In this document: positions 39,859 to 49,854 of the stretch, piece after piece
How positions within the stretch are numbered: the stretch's first letter is position 1
Layout of the letters: every line of letters starts with the position of its first letter
Assembly (NCBI GenBank): GCA_038212075.1
Contig: JBBQUV010000003.1
Location: forward strand, 20,036 to 84,035
Length of the DNA: 64,000 nucleotides
Origin: Minisyncoccia bacterium
GTDB lineage: Bacteria; Patescibacteriota; Minisyncoccia; Phycocordibacterales; Phycocordibacteraceae
Direction of reading: 5' to 3'
Program-made: the position numbers and the translations under genes
The notes under the pieces: generated by a model
The model's input: only the letters and a program-made list of their open reading frames with translations
What the model was told of the DNA's origin: nothing
Database searches by the model: none

Positions 39859-41150
39859 GCATGCGGAACCTTATCGTAAGCGCAGATGATATTGGTCTTT
39901 CAAAAACAAACACCGATTCTATTTTGGAAACTGTAGACAAGGGTGCGGTGACGAGTGTGAGCATTCTCGCAAATGGTCTTGCGTTTTCGTATGCCGTAGA
40001 AAAAGTGCGTGAGCGTACAGGACTACGTGTCGCGATACACCTTAATCTTACTGAAGGGAAGGCACTCACTCCTCATGAAGAGATACCACTTCTTACTACT
40101 ATCGCTGGTGACTTCAAGCTCTCAAGCGCGGGCTTGTGGTCCCAGTATCTTTTTGCACCAAAAAAAGCACGCGACGCCTTTCGTGTACAAGTCAAAAAAG
40201 AATTACGTGCACAGATTAGCGTGGTGCGCACAGCCCTTGGGTATGCGCATGAACAACGCATTCCGGTTGACGGACATCAGCACGTGCATATGGTGCCCTT
40301 TGTGTTTGACGTGCTGATATCGCTTGTGGACGAGTGTGCATTGCAATGCGTGCGCATACCGAACGAGCCGCTGTACATTGCCCGTGTTCCGTTTACAAGA
40401 GTCGGACTTATGCATGTGGTTGGTTTGTTTGGCATACACGCGCTTGCAAAAAGCGCGCGTCGCAAAGCGACGCGCGCTGGAATGCATACCAATGATGCGT
40501 TTGTCGGCCTTCTCTATTCTGGATATGTGAGTAAGGAAGTTGCTGAAGCTGGACTTGCCGCGTGCGTGGTACATCACCCTAAAGAAACGGAAATTCTATT
40601 TCATCCAGGCGTCGCAGGAGAAAGTGAACTCAACGTATGGAAGGGAAATACGGCGTGGCATACCGACACTGCGCGTGGTGTTGAACACTCCTATGTAATG
40701 AGCGAAGATGCAGTAACACTTTTCAATGCATTTAAAAACGGCACACTTTCTGCCGGACCGGATTTATTTAAAATACTCCGCTACCTTATTTCTGGTGGCA
40801 CTGCGGCATTTTTTCATCTCGGGACCCTTTTTCTTATTATTGAATACACGCACCTTTGGTATGTGTATGCGAACATGTTTGCATTCGGCGTCGGGCTTTC
40901 TATAAGCTTTTTCCTGCAAAAATTCTGGACGTTTACCGGCCATGCGCCCGGTCGAGTACACCATCAAGTTTTCCAGTACACTGCTATGCAACTGACGAGT
41001 CTCGGCATAACAACAGGCGGTCTCTATCTGCTCGTGGAATACCTTCATATGTGGTATTTGCTTGCAGAATTTCTGCTTGTGCTTGGGGTGGCAGTGGGGA
41101 ACTTTTTTATCTCCAATACACTCATATTCAAGAAACATGGAATATCGTGA
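39855..41150 (+). CDS. Fusion: YdjC/ChbG/HpnK-like carbohydrate deacetylase (N-terminal) plus GtrA-like 4-TM membrane domain (C-terminal)
   Basis: LIVSADDIGLS YdjC motif. C-terminal LRYLISGGTAAFFHLGTLFLII...FLQKFWTF GtrA layout. Confidence 0.65.
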   Translation: MSMRNLIVSADDIGLSKTNTDSILETVDKGAVTSVSILANGLAFSYAVEKVRERTGLRVAIHLNLTEGKALTPHEEIPLLTTIAGDFKLSSAGLWSQYLFAPKKARDAFRVQVKKELRAQISVVRTALGYAHEQRIPVDGHQHVHMVPFVFDVLISLVDECALQCVRIPNEPLYIARVPFTRVGLMHVVGLFGIHALAKSARRKATRAGMHTNDAFVGLLYSGYVSKEVAEAGLAACVVHHPKETEILFHPGVAGESELNVWKGNTAWHTDTARGVEHSYVMSEDAVTLFNAFKNGTLSAGPDLFKILRYLISGGTAAFFHLGTLFLIIEYTHLWYVYANMFAFGVGLSISFFLQKFWTFTGHAPGRVHHQVFQYTAMQLTSLGITTGGLYLLVEYLHMWYLLAEFLLVLGVAVGNFFISNTLIFKKHGIS

Positions 41151-42528
41151 TTCCGTAGCGGATGGGAGCATAATTGCCTGTGATGTCGGCATCGTCGGAA
41201 CCGGTCCTGCCGGACTCTCGGTTGCTCGTGCACTTATGAAGCGTGGTGCACGGGTATGCCTGTTTGAGAGCAGTCCCTTGAAACCACCTCCTTTGCCGGA
41301 CGACCAGTATGCGTTCGAACAGGAAGGTTTACCGATCTCTACAGCATCACGCGTTCGTGCGTTCGGCGGCACAGGTACGGTGTGGTCAGGTCGCTGGAAA
41401 GAGCTCGATGCCATCGATTTTGAGGCACGGAGCTGGATTTCCTATTCGGGCTGGCCTTTTCCGAAGCAGGAACTGAACCCTTATTACGCGGAAGGAAAAT
41501 CGTTATGCGAAATAGCTTCCTCGACAGACCCGCATGGAGCGCACGTTGTGGGCGCTCCGTTCGAAGAGGAGCTGTATGCCACGCTTCCGAAAACAAAGCG
41601 AAATTTCAGCGCGCTCGGGAGAAGTTTCTTGTCCGCCGCGGCGTGCACTACGGTGTATCACGGAGCGCACGTGCTTTCGCTTAAAAAAACAGGGAAGCGG
41701 GTTACGTCCGCGGAAGTTGCATTTTCAACCGGAGCGCGTGCGCAGGTAGAAGCGAAACTGTTCGTGATTGCGACAGGCGGCATCGAGACTCCGCGACTCC
41801 TTCTCATTTCGGATATTGGAAATGAGCACGATCAGGTGGGTCGTTATTATATGGACCACCCGAAAGGTCAGTGCGGAGTGTTTGAGCCATACGAACCGCT
41901 AGACATGACTCGGTACCGGAGTGTGCTTTCGGACGGCGGACTTCAAGAAGTAGGCTTACGTTTTGGTGATGCCTACCAAACGGAACACCGGTTACTTAAT
42001 AGTCATTTTCTTTTCGAACCGCTCTACGCTACGTCGCCGTTCTCGAGGGTCATGCGCAAGATACGGAGTGAGCGTGCACGAGCGATTGCGATACGCACGC
42101 ACCTTGAGCAGGAGCCGGATCCTAGCAATCGAGTAATGCTCGCGGAAACTACTGACGCATTCGGATTTCCTCGCGCGAAAATACAATGGACGATTGGTGA
42201 CCCGACTCGGTACACAGCGGTCAAGCTCCATGAAGCACTGCGTCGAGTGGTGCGGGACACGGGTGTCGGGGAACTCATGACTCCGCTTCTCGATGCTCCG
42301 ACCGATATATTTCCGATAACGTCAGGCGCGTCTCACCATATGGGCACGGCACGCATGGGCACGGACCCACGATCTTCGGTCGTAGATGCAGATGGAAAAG
42401 TGCATGGTATGGAAAATATCTTCGTGGCAGGCAGTGCTGTATTTTCTACGGGTGGACATGCGAATCCGACGGCCACTATCGTGGCTCTTTCGCTACGGCT
42501 CGGTGAGCACCTCGGCAGGCTCGTATGA
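41137..42528 (+). CDS. GMC-family FAD-dependent oxidoreductase
   Basis: N-terminal CDVGIVGTGPAGLSVA FAD motif. C-terminal ...GASHHMGTARMG... GMC_oxred_C motif. Confidence 0.75.
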   Translation: MEYRDSVADGSIIACDVGIVGTGPAGLSVARALMKRGARVCLFESSPLKPPPLPDDQYAFEQEGLPISTASRVRAFGGTGTVWSGRWKELDAIDFEARSWISYSGWPFPKQELNPYYAEGKSLCEIASSTDPHGAHVVGAPFEEELYATLPKTKRNFSALGRSFLSAAACTTVYHGAHVLSLKKTGKRVTSAEVAFSTGARAQVEAKLFVIATGGIETPRLLLISDIGNEHDQVGRYYMDHPKGQCGVFEPYEPLDMTRYRSVLSDGGLQEVGLRFGDAYQTEHRLLNSHFLFEPLYATSPFSRVMRKIRSERARAIAIRTHLEQEPDPSNRVMLAETTDAFGFPRAKIQWTIGDPTRYTAVKLHEALRRVVRDTGVGELMTPLLDAPTDIFPITSGASHHMGTARMGTDPRSSVVDADGKVHGMENIFVAGSAVFSTGGHANPTATIVALSLRLGEHLGRLV

Positions 42529-43484
42529 AAAACGTTCTTCTTATTGGTAAAGGGAAACGTATGCAAAGCGTCATACTTCCTGCGCTCTGGAGCCTTCGTG
42601 ACCGCTTTACGGTGAGCAATGTTTTTTCTCGTTCAGGCGGCACCCCATCTTTTTTTGATCCCCATTTTGTAGGTCCTTCCATTAAAACGCTCAAGGAAGT
42701 GGATATGGATTCAGTCGATCTCATCGTGATGGCTATACCGATGAAAGAGGTTCCTGGCGTGCTAAGCCAACTCGCAACACTCTCGGTTGGCAGGTGCACC
42801 CTACTACTCGATACTCCAGTACTTGCGTTTAAGGACCGGAGCGCGAAACGATTTTTCAAGGCGTTTCGCGAAGTGCGTGTTTCGGAAGATTCGATCGCAC
42901 TTCCGCCGTATCTTCTTGCTCGGCGTATACAGAGCGAACGCAACTTGGGGAAACTTTGTCATGCGTTCTTCTTCCACTGCGCCTATCGATACCATGGGCT
43001 CGCAAGTGCCGAAATGCTCGCCGATGCATCGCTTTACTCGGTGCGAAAGGAACAGCTGTATGGCGGAGTGAGTCGTACTCATGTACGGCTTGGGGGCGGT
43101 GCCGAAGCAACTTTTTTTGAACCGCGCGATTATGCGGTCGGGAAATTTCTTCTTACCTATGAACGAGGTGCCTTGGCCGATTACGATGTTCCAAAGGCTT
43201 CGCGCATCGAGTACGATCTTGAGGGAGGCTTTTACAAGGGACTCATATTCGAAGGGAAGCCCTGTCCTCTCGATCCGTTCGATCTAAAATATCAGGAACT
43301 GCTTTCAAAACCGCTCTTCGAACCGTCTCCGATGCACGGCATGAAGATTCGAGCGATGATGGACTTGCTTGATTCGGCCGTCGAGAAAGATACGCGTTTT
43401 TGCGTGAGTGCAAAGACAGGCATGCGGCATGCTACAGCGATCGCGTTCTCTGAAAAGTTAGGTTGGTACCGTAAGCTATACTAG
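42525..43484 (+). CDS. Hypothetical protein, possibly Gfo/Idh/MocA-like oxidoreductase
   Basis: N-terminal MKNVLLIGKGKRMQSVILPAL Rossmann-like start. Weak. Confidence 0.4.
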   Translation: MKNVLLIGKGKRMQSVILPALWSLRDRFTVSNVFSRSGGTPSFFDPHFVGPSIKTLKEVDMDSVDLIVMAIPMKEVPGVLSQLATLSVGRCTLLLDTPVLAFKDRSAKRFFKAFREVRVSEDSIALPPYLLARRIQSERNLGKLCHAFFFHCAYRYHGLASAEMLADASLYSVRKEQLYGGVSRTHVRLGGGAEATFFEPRDYAVGKFLLTYERGALADYDVPKASRIEYDLEGGFYKGLIFEGKPCPLDPFDLKYQELLSKPLFEPSPMHGMKIRAMMDLLDSAVEKDTRFCVSAKTGMRHATAIAFSEKLGWYRKLY

Positions 43485-43564
43485 AAGCATGGTGCGCTCC
43501 CGCCCTCTTTCATGGCTTAATCGTGCCAACTTTTTCATGTTTTGGAGGGTTATAAGCTAACGAT

Positions 43565-44353
43565 ATGGATACCATACCCGCCACCGTCGCGGTCCTTACG
43601 CATAACTCTGAAAAGGTTCTGTCAAAGGCTCTCGCTGGTGTTACCGACTTTAGCGAGATCCTCATCTGTGACGGGGAGTCTGTTGATGCAACTCGCGAGA
43701 TTGCGACGTCTTTCCTAGCGCATATCATCGCTCAAGACAAAATGCATCTTTACCCCGACGGTCGTATAAAAGATTTTTCTGGTATTCGGAATCAGACATT
43801 GCAGGCTGCGCACGAAAAGTGGTTTCTTTTTCTTGACGACGACGAGGAACTTTCACCGGAAGGCAAGCAGGCTATCGCGCGTGCCATTTCCACAGAAGTG
43901 CCAACTGCTTTCTGGGTTCCGCGGCTGTACCGATACGAAGGAAAAATCATTACGTGTTCGATTGCCTATCCAAATAAGCAGATGCGGTTCTTTCACAAAG
44001 ATACCGTCCTAAGGTTCGAGAAGCCGGTGCATGAGCGAGTAGTACTCGCGCCGGCCGCGCGTGTTGATGCTCTCGAACATGGAATCATCGTCCCGATACA
44101 AGGAAGCGTGCACGATGCAATGCTGAAGTCCGATCGCTACATCAATGCTGAGCTGTCTCGCTACGCGATTACGTTGAAACTTCTCGTGAAGTATTTCGCA
44201 CATGCACTCAAGATCTCGCTACTCTATCTCTATCGTTTTGTACGCAATCTATTTCGGCACGGCACACGCCTACCGCTTTCGTTTGAATTTCTTCCGCTTT
44301 GGTATCAGTGGCGGCTCGTTAGTCGCGCGACGAAGCAATACTTCCACACATGA
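43565..44353 (+). CDS. GT2 glycosyltransferase
   Basis: VAVLTHNSEKVL...ICDGES...FLDDDE GT-A motifs. Confidence 0.7.
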   Translation: MDTIPATVAVLTHNSEKVLSKALAGVTDFSEILICDGESVDATREIATSFLAHIIAQDKMHLYPDGRIKDFSGIRNQTLQAAHEKWFLFLDDDEELSPEGKQAIARAISTEVPTAFWVPRLYRYEGKIITCSIAYPNKQMRFFHKDTVLRFEKPVHERVVLAPAARVDALEHGIIVPIQGSVHDAMLKSDRYINAELSRYAITLKLLVKYFAHALKISLLYLYRFVRNLFRHGTRLPLSFEFLPLWYQWRLVSRATKQYFHT

Positions 44354-45405
44354 AAATCGCCTTCCTCATACAAAGTATGCAAAGAGGCGGCATTCAACGG
44401 GTCGTTCTTGATCAGACGCTCGAACTTGAACGTCGCGGCCACGAGGTGCATCTCATCACCTTGAATCCGGAACCGACAGGAGACTCGCTTATGCCGAGCC
44501 TCTCTCTTTCCACTATTCAACGACACTACGTGCCGTATCCGCGCATGCGCAGTATCACGGGAATGCGCCGCCTCATTTGCGTGCTCAAAGATGTTGATCC
44601 GGATATATGTATTACGCACCATTGGTTTGCCAATACGGTCGGTAGGATCGCGGCACGTTCATCAGGGATCCGTACCGTACTTTCTTTCGAACATAGCGTA
44701 TATGACACGCACAAGCCGCGTCGCCAGTTTGTCTTTGATTGGTTCCTACAGGATTGGTGTCGATTCGTCATTGCTGTATCGGAATCGGTGCGCACCTCTC
44801 TCGTGCACAATGGCATACGCTCTCATCGCATTCGTATTTTGCCGAATGGTATCGATCTCTCTCGTTTTACTCGCCGCGAGCTTCCGAAGGACACCGTCCG
44901 ATTGCTGTGCATTGGGCGGCTAATAGGGGACAAAGGCATCGATGTGCTCATCGATGCCTTGCAGACGCTGTCCTCGATTACACTTCGAATTGTTGGGACG
45001 GGACCGGAGCAGGCAGTACTCGAACGCAAAACCCGAGATAGGGGCCTCAGCAAAAGGATTACTTTTCTTGGATCAAGAGATGACATTCCAGAACTTCTCG
45101 CGGAGGCGGAGGTGCTCGTGCTTCCGAGCCGACGCGAAGGATTCGGGCTCGTGGCCGTAGAAGCTTTCGCTTCCGGCGTCCCCGTCGTGGCGTCCGACTT
45201 GCCTGCGCTCCGGGAAATCGTGCGGGATGGAGTGAACGGACTTCTTGTCCCACCTTCAGACTCGCGTTTGCTCCGAGATGCACTCGAACGCATTACCAAA
45301 GATAGCGAGCTTCGTATGCGCCTCGCGGCGCATACCGGCGACGATATTGCGCGCTTTTCAATTCAAGTTCACACTGATACTCTGCTCACGCTATGCAAAA
45401 ATTAA
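44350..45405 (+). CDS. Glycosyltransferase family 4
   Basis: C-terminal PSRREGFGLVAVEAFASGVPVVASDLP motif. Confidence 0.8.
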   Translation: MKIAFLIQSMQRGGIQRVVLDQTLELERRGHEVHLITLNPEPTGDSLMPSLSLSTIQRHYVPYPRMRSITGMRRLICVLKDVDPDICITHHWFANTVGRIAARSSGIRTVLSFEHSVYDTHKPRRQFVFDWFLQDWCRFVIAVSESVRTSLVHNGIRSHRIRILPNGIDLSRFTRRELPKDTVRLLCIGRLIGDKGIDVLIDALQTLSSITLRIVGTGPEQAVLERKTRDRGLSKRITFLGSRDDIPELLAEAEVLVLPSRREGFGLVAVEAFASGVPVVASDLPALREIVRDGVNGLLVPPSDSRLLRDALERITKDSELRMRLAAHTGDDIARFSIQVHTDTLLTLCKN

Positions 45406-46031
45406 CCCGAAAAAAGCTCCGGGTTTTTCTCGAACGGTTCAAAACCGAAACGCCGATACTCGACATCGGCGCCGGTAGCACTGAGTATCGAGATATCTTC
45501 CCGAATCGCACTACGCTCGACATCGATCCAGCGCGCAAACCGGATATCATTGGCGACGCAGAACAGCTTCCGTTCAAAGACGCCTCGTGGGAAATTGTCC
45601 TATGCTCCGAGGTATTCGAGCACCTTGCTCGTCCGCAGGTTGTCGTTTCTGAACTCTGGCGGGTGCTCAAGCCGGGAGGTCTCCTTATCATGACGACCGA
45701 TTTTATCTTTCCTGTACATGCGCCTCCCGAAGACTATTGGCGCTACACACCATACACCGTTCAAATGCTCTTTAAGGAATGGGACATTGTCGAGATTTCC
45801 GCAGAGTCGGATGTCTTCACTACCATCGCCATTCTTCTGCAACGTATTATTTTTCAGACGAAATTGCGCGGGGGCAAGATAACGAAAGGAATACTCTCTC
45901 TCCTTGTCCACTTTTTCGCAAATCTGGATGGGCTCGTCCTTGTGCGGTACGGCGATATCCAGAGAAGCCAGACGGTAGATATATTGCTGTCGTCAGGAAT
46001 ATATCTGGTAGCTCGCAAACCGCGTTCATGA
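45393..46031 (+). CDS. Class I SAM-dependent methyltransferase (type 11)
   Basis: ILDIGAGS motif I, ...LKPGGLLIMT motif. Confidence 0.75.
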   Translation: MQKLTRKKLRVFLERFKTETPILDIGAGSTEYRDIFPNRTTLDIDPARKPDIIGDAEQLPFKDASWEIVLCSEVFEHLARPQVVVSELWRVLKPGGLLIMTTDFIFPVHAPPEDYWRYTPYTVQMLFKEWDIVEISAESDVFTTIAILLQRIIFQTKLRGGKITKGILSLLVHFFANLDGLVLVRYGDIQRSQTVDILLSSGIYLVARKPRS

Positions 46032-47122
46032 AGATTGCGTACGTCACTAACGTACGGATGCCGACCGAGAAAGCGCACGGCATCCAGATAGCGAAAGCAT
46101 GCGAAGCCTTCGCTCGAGCAGGGCATTCAGTCGAACTCATTGTGCCGAATCGCCGCAATCCCATACGAGAGTCTGCCTTCGCGTACTACCGTGTCGAAGA
46201 GAACTTCAAGATACGGAACATATTCGCGCTCGACTTCGTTGGATGGGGAAGGCTCGGATTTCTCATCGAGACATTCTCGTTCGCTCTCTCTGCCGTCTTC
46301 ATAGTTGATAGGAGTGAACTCGTATACGGGCGTGACGAAACCGTGCTCGCAGTGCTCGCATTCTTCGGTGCGCGCAATATCGTTTGGGAATCACACGACG
46401 GCGTGTGGAATAATCGCGTGGCGTATGTGACGAAGCGTGCACGTGCCGTTGTCGTCGTGACTCCCGGAGCGAAAGATTTCTATGTAACAAAAGGAATTTC
46501 CTCGACAAAGCTGCTCGCGGTTTCAAACGGCGTCGATGTCGCGGCGTTCTCGCATTCGGAATCGAAAGAAGTAGCGCGCAAGCGACTCGGACTTTCTCAG
46601 GATACGAAGATCGCGCTCTATATAGGTAGGCTTGATGGTTGGAAGGGAGCAGACACACTTCTTGAAGCAGCGAAGCTTCTTACGAGTGATATTCGCGTGG
46701 CCGTTGTTGGTGGAGAGCCGGCGCAGGTTACGCGGCTTAAGGACGAATACCCTCAAGTGTTTTTTCTTGGGTATCGTCCTTATCGGGAGATAGCGGACAA
46801 TCAAGCGGTCGCAGATGTGCTCATCGTCCCGAACACCGCGAAGAATGAGACTTCAATGCGCTTCACGTCACCCTTGAAACTCCTCGCGCACCTCGCGTCC
46901 CATCGCCCCATCGTTGCTTCCGACGTGCCAACACTCCGAGACATCGCTGGGGACGCGGCATTCTATGTTGCACCCGACGACCCTCATGCCCTTGCTCGTG
47001 GCATCGAGCAGGTGCTTTCGGATGGAGTATTGTCAGCTCACCTTGTCGCGGAAGCGGAAAAGATCGTTTCCCGATATGATTGGAGTGTACGCGCCGCACA
47101 CATCCTCTCTTTCATTGCATGA
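46028..47122 (+). CDS. Glycosyltransferase family 4
   Basis: ATG at 46028 (MKIAYVTNVRMPTEKAHGIQIAKACEAF). The ORF track's upstream extension overlaps the previous gene. Confidence 0.75.
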   Translation: MKIAYVTNVRMPTEKAHGIQIAKACEAFARAGHSVELIVPNRRNPIRESAFAYYRVEENFKIRNIFALDFVGWGRLGFLIETFSFALSAVFIVDRSELVYGRDETVLAVLAFFGARNIVWESHDGVWNNRVAYVTKRARAVVVVTPGAKDFYVTKGISSTKLLAVSNGVDVAAFSHSESKEVARKRLGLSQDTKIALYIGRLDGWKGADTLLEAAKLLTSDIRVAVVGGEPAQVTRLKDEYPQVFFLGYRPYREIADNQAVADVLIVPNTAKNETSMRFTSPLKLLAHLASHRPIVASDVPTLRDIAGDAAFYVAPDDPHALARGIEQVLSDGVLSAHLVAEAEKIVSRYDWSVRAAHILSFIA

Positions 47123-48216
47123 ATCCTTCTGTCGAACCGCTCCGCCTTCTTGCCATCTATCGCGGGAAGCTCGATGAGAACCGTGGTACGCCAATACGCG
47201 TGCGCAGCTTCCTTGAGCGTCTTTCGAAAGACGCGCGCTTCTCGCTCACGGTCGCATCGTGGGACGCATCGCTTCCGTTTGCCGCTGAACACGTGCGACT
47301 CACTAACAAAAAGCGTGCTGATGCGCGCAGTATCCTTGCTATCGTGAAAGAGAAGCATATTGACCTTGTCATGGGGCATACCATGGCAACGTGGTACTAC
47401 CTGCTTCTTGTAAAGCTTTTCACTCGCGCGAAGATAGCGCTCGAGATGCATGGCTTCATCGAGGTTGAAGCCCACTTCTATGGTTCGATTGGCGTTGTCC
47501 GTTATACGCTCGATCGTCTGATATACGGAATTTTTTATCGCATGTGTGACCTCATCACGACCTGCAGTGAAAACGCGGCAGAGATTCTTTTGCATTACAA
47601 CCGCAACGTATTTCCGATCTACGGGGGTGTTGATACCGATATGTTCCATCCAGACATAGCCCCACTTCCATCGGTGCACCACGATGCGGGTGTAACGCTC
47701 ATTGGGTACGCTGGGAATATGCGCAAATGGCAGGGCGTACCTTTCATGATGGAAGCATTCAAAAAACTTCACGCAAAGGATCCGTCGTTCCGTCTCGCGA
47801 TACTTTCAAGCGAAGCGAAGAATCTTCCGTCCGAGGAAGGTGCTGACATTTACGGGCAGGTGCCGCACGAAGAAGTGCCGGCATTTCTTGCGGCCTGTGA
47901 CGTACTGGTAATTCCGCGCCTTTCGGACGCGGTGAGCGATATATCGTTTCCGTCGAAACTTCCTGAATATCTCGCAATGGGGAAGGTGGTGGTGGCAAGT
48001 TCTACTTCTGATGCCCATCGCGCAATTGCAGATGGGGTCGATGGACGCATCTTTTCTCCCGGAGACGAAGCGGCATTCCTTGAAATACTGAGCCGCCTCA
48101 AGGACCCCGAGGTGCGCCGTCGGATCGGGGAAGCGGCTCGCAAGACCGCTGTGGTGCGCTTTCAGTGGAATACCCAGACTGCTATACTGGCCGAACGGTT
48201 ACTAGCCCTAGCATAG
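47119..48216 (+). CDS. Glycosyltransferase family 4
   Basis: ATG at 47119 (MNPSVEPLRLLAIY...), GT-B layout. Confidence 0.7.
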   Translation: MNPSVEPLRLLAIYRGKLDENRGTPIRVRSFLERLSKDARFSLTVASWDASLPFAAEHVRLTNKKRADARSILAIVKEKHIDLVMGHTMATWYYLLLVKLFTRAKIALEMHGFIEVEAHFYGSIGVVRYTLDRLIYGIFYRMCDLITTCSENAAEILLHYNRNVFPIYGGVDTDMFHPDIAPLPSVHHDAGVTLIGYAGNMRKWQGVPFMMEAFKKLHAKDPSFRLAILSSEAKNLPSEEGADIYGQVPHEEVPAFLAACDVLVIPRLSDAVSDISFPSKLPEYLAMGKVVVASSTSDAHRAIADGVDGRIFSPGDEAAFLEILSRLKDPEVRRRIGEAARKTAVVRFQWNTQTAILAERLLALA

Positions 48217-48220
48217 TCTC

Positions 48221-48811
48221 ATGTCGAAAGAAGATTGGGCGGAGAATACGTTGCCAAAAATATTCGCTCGCGCGAACCTCTGGCCGTGGAAGGAGGGAGA
48301 GATTGTCTCGGTACTCGACGTCGGTTGTGGGCTTTCTCTCAAGGCAAAATATATCCCGGCGCAAATACGCGTCGGTGTGGATATATTCGAAGAATATTTT
48401 AGTCACATTGAATCCGATGTACCGTACGTGGTTGTGAAGTACGACGCACGCAAGATTCGTGACATCTTCATGCCGAAATCGTTTGATATCGTGATGAGTT
48501 GCGATCTTATCGAACACCTTGAGAAAGACGAAGGATGGAAGCTTATCGAAGACTGCGAAGCCATTGCCAAGAAGGCCGTCCTCTTCGAAAATCCGCGTGG
48601 CCACATCCCACAAGATATTGATATCCTCGGGTATGGTGGCGATCACTGGCAGACTCACCGCTCGGCATGGGAACCGGATGAATTCGAGAAACTCGGTTAC
48701 AAGACGGTCGTTCGCGACTACACCATGAGCGACAAGAAGCGCCATTCGACCATCACGGACATTGATCCTCACGTTCAGATGATTGACGCCATTAAGATTT
48801 TGGAAGCGTAA
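48221..48811 (+). CDS. SAM-dependent methyltransferase-like protein
   Basis: VLDVGCGLS motif I, DLIEHL motif. Confidence 0.6.
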   Translation: MSKEDWAENTLPKIFARANLWPWKEGEIVSVLDVGCGLSLKAKYIPAQIRVGVDIFEEYFSHIESDVPYVVVKYDARKIRDIFMPKSFDIVMSCDLIEHLEKDEGWKLIEDCEAIAKKAVLFENPRGHIPQDIDILGYGGDHWQTHRSAWEPDEFEKLGYKTVVRDYTMSDKKRHSTITDIDPHVQMIDAIKILEA

Positions 48812-48849
48812 CCCTAGCCCCATTCTTATGGTTTTAACCCTTATACCCT

Positions 48850-49854
48850 ATGAATAAAATACTGATTACCGGCGGCACGGGCTCTTTTGGCGGAATGGCA
48901 GTCAAGCATTTGCTTGCTGACCCCAAAACTGAACGCGTTGTCGTTTTTTCACGTGATGAGCTGAAACAGCACGTCATGCGCAGTGAATACAAGCAGGACG
49001 TTGAGAGTAAACGCTTGGATTTTATTGTGGGTGATATTCGTGATAAGGAAGCGGTTGATAACGCTCTCTGCAATATCGATGTTGTTTTTCATGCCGCGGC
49101 ACTTAAACAAGTACCAACGGGCGAGTTTTTTCCAATGGAGATGCTTCGCACCAACGTGATGGGAACCCATAACGTGATAGAGGCCGCACGTAAAAACGGC
49201 GTACAGAAACTAGTGTTTCTCTCTACGGACAAAGCGGTCTATCCAATCAACGTGCTCGGCTTTACCAAAGCGCTCGCCGAAAAATTGGTGATGTCTCACT
49301 CGCGCACTTCGGCTGAGCCTATCTTTTGTACCGTGCGCTACGGTAATGTGATGGCGTCGCGCGGTTCGGTTATTCCGCTTTTTGTAGACCAAATACTGCA
49401 CGGAAAACCGCTTACGATTACGCATTCTGGCATGACGCGCTTTATGCTAACACTTGAAGATGCCATGGGACTCGTACTGCTCGCTATAGAAAAAGGCGAA
49501 CAAGGCGACCTTTTCGTTCGCAAAGCGCCCGCAACGACCATCGGGAACGTCGCAAACGCACTTGTTGATATTTTTGAAGTGAAGAACGAAATAAAGGAAA
49601 TTGGTATTCGTGCCGGTGAAAAACTCCACGAGACACTCGTTGCCGCAGGAGACCTATCGCGAGCAGTAGACTTGGGTGACTTCTACCGTATTCCGGGAGC
49701 TACTGGCGACTACGATACGTTCTACTCCGAAGGCGTTGCGAAACAGATACCGACAGACTTCACTTCTGAAAATGCGCGACAACTGACACTCGCCGAAACG
49801 AAAGAAATGCTCCTTGCGCTCCCGTACATCCAAGAAGCGCTTCGTGATAAATGA
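48850..49854 (+). CDS. UDP-GlcNAc 4,6-dehydratase / 5-epimerase (FnlA/Cap5E/PseB-type, CapD short form)
   Basis: MNKILITGGTGSFG start, Polysacc_synt_2 architecture, 334 aa. Followed by FnlB- and FnlC-like genes. Confidence 0.8.
   Translation: MNKILITGGTGSFGGMAVKHLLADPKTERVVVFSRDELKQHVMRSEYKQDVESKRLDFIVGDIRDKEAVDNALCNIDVVFHAAALKQVPTGEFFPMEMLRTNVMGTHNVIEAARKNGVQKLVFLSTDKAVYPINVLGFTKALAEKLVMSHSRTSAEPIFCTVRYGNVMASRGSVIPLFVDQILHGKPLTITHSGMTRFMLTLEDAMGLVLLAIEKGEQGDLFVRKAPATTIGNVANALVDIFEVKNEIKEIGIRAGEKLHETLVAAGDLSRAVDLGDFYRIPGATGDYDTFYSEGVAKQIPTDFTSENARQLTLAETKEMLLALPYIQEALRDK

Noticed and set aside
45779-46027. N-terminal extension of the GT4 gene (ORF track start 45779)
   Set aside because: The extension overlaps the preceding methyltransferase gene in another frame. 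An internal ATG at 46028 gives a canonical GT4 N-terminus and an ATGA overlap like neighbouring genes
41062-48800. Apparent GC-richer composition of the 41-48 kb glycosyltransferase block, suggesting horizontal acquisition
   Set aside because: Spot counts (about 55-57% here versus about 45-55% elsewhere) vary too much between sampled 60-mers to support a compositional island without a sliding-window calculation
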